IMG/VR virus record: IMGVR_UViG_3300030116_002312
Span: 2,260 to 66,259 of that record
Length of the DNA stretch: 64,000 nt
Origin: a virus
Reading direction: 5' to 3' (one strand)
Of this stretch, positions 20,719 to 31,700 are shown one piece after another (within the stretch, counting starts at the first letter, position 1; each line of letters opens with the position of its first letter). The position numbers and the translations under genes are program-made. A model generated the notes under the pieces. The model worked only from the letters and a program-made list of their open reading frames with translations, searched no databases and was not told the origin of the DNA.

Positions 20719-22698
20719 ATGGGTGTATTAACTGGATCGCCAAAAGGGCCGATACAACTTCCTGATTATAACAAAAACTTTTTAGCCGCAAGAGGACTTA
20801 GGTTAAAAAGAAAGGAGCTTGAATTAAAAGAAAAGCTTGCAGAGCAGCAATTAAACAAAGGCAAAACTAAAGGCCCACCAATGGCTAAGTTCAATAAAAC
20901 TGAAGCCAACTTCCAAGATAAATTTCATTCAGTACATGACGAAGCGATGAATCAGTTAGATCAATTCGCTATTAATAACGCTGATAAATTAAACCCAAAC
21001 AGTGAATTATATGATATAAAAACTGATAGGTATTTTCAAAACATGCAAAGAAGTGTTACGAGGGCTGCCGATCATAGTAATAATTGGGTTACAAACGGAA
21101 CTGATTTTTTATCCTACATTAATGAAAAAGATGAATACGGAAACAGAAAGGTGGATGTTTCTAACTTAGAGCAAAAGCCTAAATACTTAAACAAAAACAC
21201 GATTCTAGCTAGTATGGAATTAAGAAATGAAGCATTTATTTTTCAAGATAGCTATTGGACTAATGATGAAACAATTCAGCAAGATTTAGTTTTAAGAGAT
21301 GGTGGTGATCCAGAGAATATAGATGATTATTTAGTTGATGATAATGGTTTCTTTTTAAGTAAAAGTGGTGGATTGGTAATAGAGCTTGACTGGAAGGGTA
21401 ATAAAGCTGGTTCAGGAGAATTTTTAATAGATGATATTTTTAATCAAGAAATTTCTGGAGACAGTGTAAGTTTTGATAGTAGTGGTAATTTAATGTATGG
21501 AGACAAATTGTTTTTTGAACATTTTGATACAGGGTTTTTTGATAAGAATAAATACCAAAAATTAGACAAACCAACAAACTTTATACACGAATTAGCAGAT
21601 AAAAAACTTAAGTTTTCTAATTTATTAAACCCAATAGACGAAAACACGTATGAAGCTGATAACGAGGCTATTGGAAAAATAAGAGATCAAGCTATTGGTT
21701 TATTTGCTTGGAATGGTCAAACATGGGGTAATGATTTTGGAGACGCTTTAGCTAATCAAATTGCTAGGAAATACGTTTCTGAAAAATTTGGTATACAAGA
21801 AAGTGAAGTTGATCAAGCTCAAATAAACGCTGTAATACCTATGTTGAAAAATAACGAAAATTTAGGTGAAGAGTTTAGGCCAGATGGAAAACCGATAAAA
21901 TCTGAATATGATAATAAAGAAATTGTAACTTTTAATGATTATGCTGGAGAGTTAATTTTAGAAAGTTATGCTAATAAACATAGGTTTAACAAAAAGAAAT
22001 TTACTAAAGGAACAACTGTTTCTATAAGCATGACAAAAGAAAAAGCTAAAACGCCTAGCTATAACTGGGCAACCTCTAGAATGTCTGGAGAGTTTGCTCA
22101 TCTTTACCCTACTCATGATACGTTTAGTGAATCATCAACTTTTAGTACATATAAGTATACAGGTGGCAAAGAAAATATAACAGGTAGTGATTATAGAGAG
22201 TTTCAAAATAACACTAGCTTTGTTCCTATAAATAGAGTGGCTGAAAAATACATTTCTGACACTTCAGGTACATTTAGTGGGGCAAGGCACGCTATGGTTC
22301 CTATTGACTCTAGAACTGGTAATAAAATGGATGGAGAGTGGACTGATGGTAATGAGATGTTTAAACCATCTAATCCTAGTGACGCTAAATATTGTGTTAT
22401 TGTGCCTATGTATAGAGGATTCTTTAAACCACAAGATCCAGATAATATAAAAAGAAGTATAATTCAAGATGGTGATGTAAGGCCAGAAGATATATTTAAA
22501 TCTGACAAAGGTATTGAGGCTTATGTACCTATGAGTCAATTTACTACTACTGGTAATAATAATTTGTATTATTCAGAGTTTATAAGTAAGGCAGAACAAA
22601 TTAATAACAAAGGTATTTACGGTAAATCTGGAGGGCCAACTTATGCAGAGGGTGGTATCGTAAGTAATAAAAATAACTGGAAACTTCCAGGAACATAA
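20719..22698 (+). CDS. Internal virion/ejection protein
   Basis: Position; C-terminal YAEGG motif. Confidence 0.55.
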   Translation: MGVLTGSPKGPIQLPDYNKNFLAARGLRLKRKELELKEKLAEQQLNKGKTKGPPMAKFNKTEANFQDKFHSVHDEAMNQLDQFAINNADKLNPNSELYDIKTDRYFQNMQRSVTRAADHSNNWVTNGTDFLSYINEKDEYGNRKVDVSNLEQKPKYLNKNTILASMELRNEAFIFQDSYWTNDETIQQDLVLRDGGDPENIDDYLVDDNGFFLSKSGGLVIELDWKGNKAGSGEFLIDDIFNQEISGDSVSFDSSGNLMYGDKLFFEHFDTGFFDKNKYQKLDKPTNFIHELADKKLKFSNLLNPIDENTYEADNEAIGKIRDQAIGLFAWNGQTWGNDFGDALANQIARKYVSEKFGIQESEVDQAQINAVIPMLKNNENLGEEFRPDGKPIKSEYDNKEIVTFNDYAGELILESYANKHRFNKKKFTKGTTVSISMTKEKAKTPSYNWATSRMSGEFAHLYPTHDTFSESSTFSTYKYTGGKENITGSDYREFQNNTSFVPINRVAEKYISDTSGTFSGARHAMVPIDSRTGNKMDGEWTDGNEMFKPSNPSDAKYCVIVPMYRGFFKPQDPDNIKRSIIQDGDVRPEDIFKSDKGIEAYVPMSQFTTTGNNNLYYSEFISKAEQINNKGIYGKSGGPTYAEGGIVSNKNNWKLPGT

Positions 22699-22714
22699 AT
22701 AAAATAATTAAAAA

Positions 22715-25700
22715 ATGGCAGTAATTTATCAAAAGGATAAGAACGCTATAAAGTTCATACAGGAATTTTACTCAAAGTTGACAAATCACGGATTGTCACA
22801 ATATGAAGTAGATAGTATATTAGCTCAATATGATGGAGATTATCAGGGCATGGTTAAAGACTTGTATGAAAAGTTATCCGATCATAGGCTATCCCAAGAG
22901 GAACTTGACTCAATAGTTAATCACTATGGGTTAAAAAAAAAAGATTTGGCAGATTCTACATCAGATTTGGAAGATGGTACATCGGATTTATCAGAAACGA
23001 AAACAGATAAAAAAACCTTTAAAGCTCAAGAAGGTGCTATTGTTCCAGATCAAGATCAAGATGTTTGGGTATACAACGATTATATAGGTTATTACCAAAA
23101 AAATGGTAGCAACGTTCCACATGGTCAGGTTCCTGAAAACATAAAAACAAAATTAAAAGAAGAATATAACTTAAAAACCAATCAAGAAAAACTTAACATT
23201 CGTGATCAGCAAATAGATCAAGCTATATCCTCTTTAGGAGATATGATTGAAACTTCAAGTTTTGACGGAAACTTTTCTGAATCATACAAAATACCACAAA
23301 CGAAAACAGGAATAGAAACTTTAATGGGATTAATAACCGATCCAAGAGCTAGAGAGAAGTTGGGTTACGGTTATATGACTGATGAAGAGGTAGATAGTTA
23401 TTTAACTAAATTAAACACTGCGGAATCAAGCCTTGCTATATGGCAACAAAACATATCTGATGAAGAGTATTTAAACATACTTAATGAAGAGGATAATCAA
23501 AAGACACATAAAAACACACCTAGGGTAAATAAAAAAATAAAAGAAGAAAAACTTAAAACCAAGCAAGATTACGATAGTGGAAAGAATACCAATATATATG
23601 GAATATCTGCTAACATGGATACTTCTGTTTTTGGACCAAAGCCTATTACAGAAGAAAATGCACAGAAATTTTGGACGGGGCAAGAAACTGTTTTTAAGGC
23701 TCCAAAAATAAATATGCCTGAATCTATTTCATACACTCAGTCTTTTCCAAATATAACAGAACTTGTTAATTTTGGAGACCCTTTTGCTAATACAAATTAT
23801 GTATCTAAAGGTAATTATAATTACTTAACGCAAGATGGTGTTAATGCGTACAATTCTTTACTGGATTTAGCTTACGAGTTTCAAGATATTCAAAAAGAAA
23901 AAGGACTAATTTTAGAAGAAGCTGGTGTTAAAAACTGGAATGATTTACCAGAAAATTTAAAAACTGAATACGTGGCACTAAACGAAAGAGAAAGCGTTAT
24001 TAATGATGCATACTCTGAAGGCCCCTACAATCAAAATATAAGTATTTATAATCAATCAATTATGAATGCTAATGAATTGGTAGCAAAAGGTCAAACAGTT
24101 AGTTCTGATCCAATTTATGATGATAATGACAAGAATGAATTTTTGGTATTTAATTATGATGTTTTTTCAAATAAAAAAATAGACAATGCTCAATTACCAT
24201 TAGACGCATTAACTATAGATGATATAAGTGAAGAACAGTTTAAAAAACTTCAATTTGAATACATGGAGAATATATCTCCTTTGTATAGTCCAGAAGCTTT
24301 GTTGTTTGGTGATGCTAGTGCTTATTTATCTAATGAGTCTGGTCTTATAGATTCTTTACAGCTGGGTAAAAATCAAAAGTATACACAAAAAGACTTTACA
24401 GCTTACGGAGACCCTCAATCATTTAGAAATACTTTTGCACAAAAATATAACATGACTGGTATAGTTAGATTATCTGAGGATATTAGAGAGATGACTGCTG
24501 GTAAAACTAACGAAGAAATATTTTCTGATCCTGCTATAATCAAGGCTATGAATGATTATGAGTATTTATTTAACAAAAATATATACGATAGGGTTACTGC
24601 TACTCGTGGGTTAAGTTATGAGGGGGAAAACGCTGCTATGGATGGTAATAAGACAATGACCATGTTTAGACTTGGTGAAGCTTATCAAAGAATATTGCGT
24701 GAAGAAAATGAGTTAACAAATCAATTAAAAAACGAAAAACTAACTAAAAAAGAAAAAGACGCTCTTGCTAATCAGTTAACTCAATTATTACTTACTAAAG
24801 AAAAAAATAGATCTATATATAACGATATTAGAAAAGAAGGTTTACCTGGTTATGAAGAGTTATTTAATTTAGTTTCTGGGGAATATAGCGATGATGTTAA
24901 GTTGGCTCCATCTAATAAAATAGAATTTGATAATAGTGTTCAACAAATACTAACTAATAGAGAAAAGTTTATACAATTATACAATAAATATGTTGAGGAT
25001 TTTGGTACAGATGCTGCTCTTCATAAGTTAAAAGATAATATGCATAATATAAATGGTAAAATTATGCACATGCAATACATGCATGATAATACTTTTGTGA
25101 CGCTTCCTTCAGGTAATAAAATTCTTGTAGGAGATTTAATGAATTATGTTTACACTAATTCAAGAACACCTGTTAGAATGGGTACTAAAGGAACTAGAGG
25201 TCAATACTATAGAGAGGTGGATCAAAATCCTTATTTAGCCTCTGACCAAATAGGGTTGCCTGACAATATGTTTGGTACACCTGATCCTACTACCCAACAA
25301 GGTCCGTCCATAGGAACCTCTGGACCACAACCTCTTTATCAGGGTCCTATTATAAAATTAGACATGGATTCTTACGGAGCTCTTAATCCAAAAAAGAATA
25401 ATTTTGCTAGCAATATGAGCATATTATTTGGTAAGGGTTATGAAAAAGAAGATTTACAATTTATGTACGAGCTTGCTTCAAAATTTGCGGCTGATTATCA
25501 AAGAAACTGGAATGATTTAGTTGGTGTTTCAGAGATAATAGCCTGGAACTATGATCCAACGGAAGGTTACTCTGAGAGAACTGGAGCTGGTCTTTTTGCT
25601 GAATCTATGGGAACCGAAATAGCGAGAGGTGCTAAGAATATTGGTAGTTTTTTAAGCACTTTGTCAGGTGGGTTTGCTTATGAACCAAATCAAGAATTAA

Positions 25701-28700
25701 CAGAAATTGAACAAAGAGATCAGGTAGCAAGACTTTTACAAGAGGGAACTGGACAAATGACAGAAGACGCAAAGCAAGAGTCTGAATTTGCTTGGTCCCA
25801 AACATTGGGTAGTGGTACAGGTATGTTATTTGTAATTGTAGCTGAACTTATTGCTACTAGAAAATTTTCTTTATCTGCTATAAATAAACTTAATAAACTT
25901 GGGGATTTATCTCAAAATGTAAAAAAATATAAAAAAATAATTAACAGCTCAAGAGTGGGTAGGGTTTCTTCAGATATATTTAAAGAAACTATAGTTGGAG
26001 CCTCTTCTTTTGAGTTAACATCAGGCGATCAGGTTACCTGGAGAATGGGTGCAGCAGAAGGTTTTGTTCAATCAACTCTTAGTAATTTATTTTTTGGTAA
26101 AAGTAAATATGCTAATCTTTTATTATCAGCATATAAAAAAGCTCCTAACACAACAAATGCTGCCTACTGGACCACTAGAACTGGATTAGGGGGTACATCT
26201 GAGATACTAGCAGAGTATGCTGGTGAATTTACGCAAAATCTAAACAATTTAAATGGAAATTGGAACGAGGCTTGGGAAATGACCTTTGGGGCTACTAAAG
26301 ATGAAGCTCTCAAAAAATTTGCTGTTACAGCTATATTGTGTTATGGTGCGTCTGGTGCTTTTAATTTAAGGACAGCAAAAGGAATGGAGCTTGAGTTACA
26401 AAAGTTTGTTGATTCAGGAATAGGTCCTGATGGGCAACCGTTATCTGAAGAAGCTAGAGCACAAGGTCAAGATTATTTAGATGCTATTAATGAGCATAAA
26501 AAGGGACCAATGGGAGAGCAGATTGACATGTTTGAAAACATGACTTGGGAAGAAACTTCTGAAGCGGCTTTATTTAAACTTGATCAAGAGGTTGATCCAA
26601 ACTTTACAGCTCCTGAAACAAAGACTGTAATTATTAATGGTCAGCCCACAACTGTTTTAGTGGATCCAGGATCTCCAGTTTATTCTGTAGATGGTAATAG
26701 TGTAAGTAAAGAAGATATAATTAAGTTTATAAACGAAGGTGGATTAGATAGAAAAGATGTTGAGGTTGTTGTCGAAAATGATAAAGAGGTGTCTGATTTA
26801 GTTGAAAACACATTAAATAAAAAATCAGACCCAGAAGAGTTGATAGATCCTAATTTAGATTTCGATGAGTCTGTAAATGAATATAAAGGCTCTGATCTAG
26901 GTGGAGGAAAGTTAGGTCAAGGAAAAGAAAAAGCAAAAGTTGTTCAGGCTTCTAAAACAGAAAAGGGTAAAGAAATTGTTAATGATTTAAAAAACAAATT
27001 GTTTGAAAATAAAAAAACAGTTACTGTTTATAGAGTAGGTTCTTTAAATGATGGCCATAATCCTTTCACAACAAGTAAAGAAATGGCTGAAACGCTTTCT
27101 AAAGAAAGAGGTGAACAAGGTTTATCAACAGAAATTATAACTTTAGAGGTAACTCCAGACGATGTTTCTGTTGTTATACCAGGTGCTGAAGGTGAGATTT
27201 TTGTAGAGCTAAATGATTCTAATAGATCTAGACTTAATAAACAAATTGATTTTAAGAGTGAGGAGTTTTTACAACAAGAAAGAAATCAAATTCAAGAAGA
27301 AATAAATACAATAGAGCAGAATATTGAGAAAAGAAATCAAGCTTTGCAAGAAGGAAAACTTAATGAAAATTTGGTTAATGATCAAAATAAAAAAGATGAA
27401 AGAAAGTTAATAAACTTAAGAAGAAGGCTTGGTGACACAACCAATATTGATTCTGATGATGGTAAACAATTAGATCTTTTTGAAGGAGAATCGACAAGAA
27501 GTTATGCTGGTAATTCAACAAATGTTCCTGCTGGACAAAGGGTGTTTAACGATCCTAATCCAGGGACAACTCAATCAACAAAAGACTATATAGCTAAAAA
27601 CGCAAAAAATTTAGGTATAGATTACACACCTCCACAAGTAGATGATAAAAGAGATGAAGAAAGATCTAAAAGAATAGCTGATGCGTATGACTCTATGGAA
27701 AATAATCCTGAGGATCCTAAAACAAAAAGTGCCTATGAAGCTTTATCTAAAGAGGTGCAAATGCAGTACAATCAAATGGTTAGTGATGGTGTTGAGGTAG
27801 AGATATGGGAAGGTACAGGTGAGCCTTATGCTAATAGTGACCAAATGATTAAAGATGTTAGAGATAATAATCATCTATATATATACTCAACACTAGAGGG
27901 TTATGGTGAGGCTGAGATTTCAGAAAAGGCTATGCAAGACAATCCTTTATTAAGACCAACTGAACAGGTGGATATAAATAATAAGCCATTACTTGTTAAT
28001 GATTTATTTAGAGCGGTTCATGATTATTACGGACATACAGAGCTAGGAAATGGATTTGGTGTTATAGGAGAAGAGATAGCTTGGCAAAATCACTCTAGAA
28101 TGTTTAGCCCTAATGCTAGAAGAGCTATGACTACAGAGACTAGAGGGCAAAATTCTTGGGTTAATTTTAACAAAAACTTAAGAAACCAAGATGGAACAAT
28201 GCCTAAAAAGGGAGATAATAATTATGTTTCTCCTAAAGAAAGACCTTTTGCTGATCAAAAAATAGGATTACTTCCAGATGAATTTGTTTTTGTAGAAAGA
28301 AAAAATGTAAGAAAGAATCCAGGTGATAGGGTGTTTAAGTTTGATTTAAACACAGCAACCTACAAAGGTGCTATAAACGGTAGAGAAATAGAAATTAAAA
28401 AGAACCCTTGGAAGAAAGAGTGGACTGAAGTTTCTACAGGTCAGGTGATAGGTAGAACTTTTGGAGAATCTGTAGATAATTTAAGAAATGTTTTTAAAAG
28501 TGTTCAGGGTACTGTTTTTTCATCAGATCCTAATTTAAATACAAAATCTTTTGAAAACGCTAAAATTTCTTTAGAAGCCTCAACAAGTGAAGCTACTGGT
28601 GTTCAACCAGATGTTGTTGTGAAGCCATTTATAGATAGCGAAAGTATTATTAATAAAATTAAAAAAAGAAGATACACAAAACTTCAACTAGAAGCTATTC

Positions 28701-31700
28701 AAAAGGCTTTAGTAAAAATACAAGAAGCTAAAGCTGATCCCACATCTATGCCACTGGAGATAGTGCTTGAAGATGGAGGTATTGTTATAAATGATAAAAA
28801 TCAAGTTGTTTTTAAAACTTACGGATATAGCTTTAGCGACAGTCCTTTACTTGAAGGAATGAATGATCAGCAGAAAATAGAGTTTTCTTCAGAAAGAATG
28901 ATTCAAGATTTTAATTCAAGAAGATCTATTTCGGATCCAGATTTTGGATGGTACAGTAAAACAAAAGATGCTATACAAAAAAAGTTTGGATCTAATGCCA
29001 ATTTATTTATTGAGTTGTTGGGAGTTACATCTCCACAGGCTTCACCCAAAGCTAATTTTCAAAAAGCATCTGAAGCTATACAGATGTATAGTCAAGGGTA
29101 TTTTGATACAGCTTTAGAAAACTATAATACAAAAGTTCAAGAGATAATAGAAAAATTTGACTCAGGTAAGTTAGGAAACCCAGACTTAGTTAAGACTAGA
29201 AATAAAATGATAAGCATGATAAAACAAGCTTCTGAAAATTCTGGTATAACAAAAATGAATGGAATGAAGTTTGGTATAACAGGAACTACGGGTGCTATAA
29301 CAAGAGTTTTATATGGTAACTGGATGAGCAATAGTCCAGGATTAAAAACAAAACAATTTACAGAAAATCTTTCTGGCAGAAACAAAAGAGCTACTATAGA
29401 TGTTTGGGCTGCAAGAAACTTAAAAAGATTACTTTATGCTGATTCAGGTCTTCCTTGGAGAGCTAGATCTTTTCAAGAAAATGGTGTTAGTCCAAAGGAC
29501 TTTGCTTTCGCACAAAGTGTATATGCAAGAGCTGCTGAAAAACTTGGAGTCAATATAGATGATTTACAAGCTGCTATGTGGTTTATAGAAAAACAATTTT
29601 GGTTTGATAATAATTACGACTCTAGTAAATCTGGTTTTGAAAAGGCTACAATGTTAGATCAGGTAGAGGCTTCTAACGCAACGGAAAGAATGATGATCGG
29701 TGCTACCGCTTATATAGGTAATGTAACCGCAGAACAAAAAGCTAGATTAGAGGCTGTTGGTTCAAAAGCTGGTGCAGATGCAAAAGCAAGAGGTGCTTCA
29801 GATATAGAAATAGAGGCCGCTATGATAGATGCTATGCAGGGTGAATTAAGGCTAAATCAAGCTGTTGTTGATCTTAATGATGTTATAGTAAAGTTAAACC
29901 CTGAAGCAGGAAGAGTTTCTTTGTCAGAGGGAGTTTATATGAATCAAGCAGAACCTAGCATAGATGCTGAAGTTTTGTTTACTAAGGGTACAGATATCAC
30001 AAGTGTTGTGGATCAAGTTATAAAAATAGGGTTAGATAATAATCAAGAGTCCGTGTTTGTTTCTAAAACAACTGACTCAACTCATCCTAATGCTAGACCT
30101 TTTACAAGAATTGAGTTTACAGAATCTTTATCTGACTCTGAAATGGCTGAAGTTTCTAACATACTTACAAAAAATGGTATAACTGGATTTTCAATACACA
30201 AAAATCAACAAGGACAAAACATAGGATTATCTTTTCAATTTATTCCTGAGTTCTTAATAGATCAAGGGCTTACATTAGAAAATGTAAAAGAATTTGAAAC
30301 AAAACATTTACAAAATACTGCTAAAGCATTAGCAGAAATACAATCAACACTTGGTGAAAATATTATAAACACCATAGAAAACGGACATGTTAACACTAAA
30401 ATTTTTACAAATGGCGAATATGAAACAATTAAACAAGAGCAAAAGTCGTTTGAGACTAACATCCAAACAGAACTTACCAGAAGACAAGGAGCGGTTGACC
30501 GTGGGGACGTCTCCAAGGACATCATCGATAAACGACAGGGAGATGTTTTTGATGAGCGAGGCATTCAAAGATTTCACGTCTTAAATGAATTTGCTGATAG
30601 ACTAAAAGAATTACGTAAAGCTTTAGGTACTAGAGCTTATAGTGATCCATTTATGATAACACCAACTATTAAAGCTGGTTTATTTGTTATGGAAAAAACT
30701 CTTAGAGCTACTTCTAATATAGCTACTTCTATAGATGCTGGTATAAATTATATAAAATCTAATTTAAAAGAAGGTGAAAAGTTTACAAAAAAACAAGAAG
30801 ATCAAATAAGAGATTACTTTAAAAACGAGATAGAGTCTGTTGAAAGACCTGGAGGTATTGATGCAAATAAAGACTCAGATCTAGAAGGTAATCAGGAGAT
30901 TACTGAAGAGGAAATGGCTCAAAGAGAATTAGATGAAGAATCTGTTCAAGAAGATGTTACGGAGGATGCTCCTTCTATAAACGAAACTCCTACTAAAGAA
31001 GAGTTGTCAGAAGAAAATATGGATAATATGTTAGATGATTTACAAACCAGAACAAGATCTAAAATGTCTGGTGGTAAGAGGCAAAGCTTACGTAGATTAT
31101 TTGAGTATATTAGGTCTGGAAGATTTCGTGATGATGCTATGATACAACTTGTTGAGCCTAAGTTTGTTATAAAGAAAAGGTTGCAACAATTAGCTGATCA
31201 GTATAATATGGGAGAAGCTGAATTTGAAGCTTTATCTCAATTAACATTATGGTTACAGGCACCAGGTGCAGCTAAATCTGAAATAGATGAAATGAATACT
31301 CGTTTATGGAGAGATGAAAATAATATAGTTATAATTAAAGGTAAACTTAAAAAAGGCGGTAAAGCTTTAACTAAAGGGCAGATAGAAAATATAGGAATGT
31401 TAAATGCCCTAGAAAGAATTATTCAACTAGATCAGCTTTCTGATCAAAATAAAGTTGTTGTTGATGCGATCATAAAAGAAATAAATGCATCTAAAGATCC
31501 AGATCAAATAAAAGAATTAAAGGCTCAATTAGATAAATTACTAGACCCTGCTGTCTCTAGAATGGGTTATACTGTAGAGGACGGTAAATACAAATTAGTA
31601 GCTAAAGTTAATCCTGATGGAGATTTAGTTGAAGGTAATCTTGTAGAGGTTCCTACAGGAATAAACTATAAAGGGGATCAGTATCATAGAAGAAAACACC

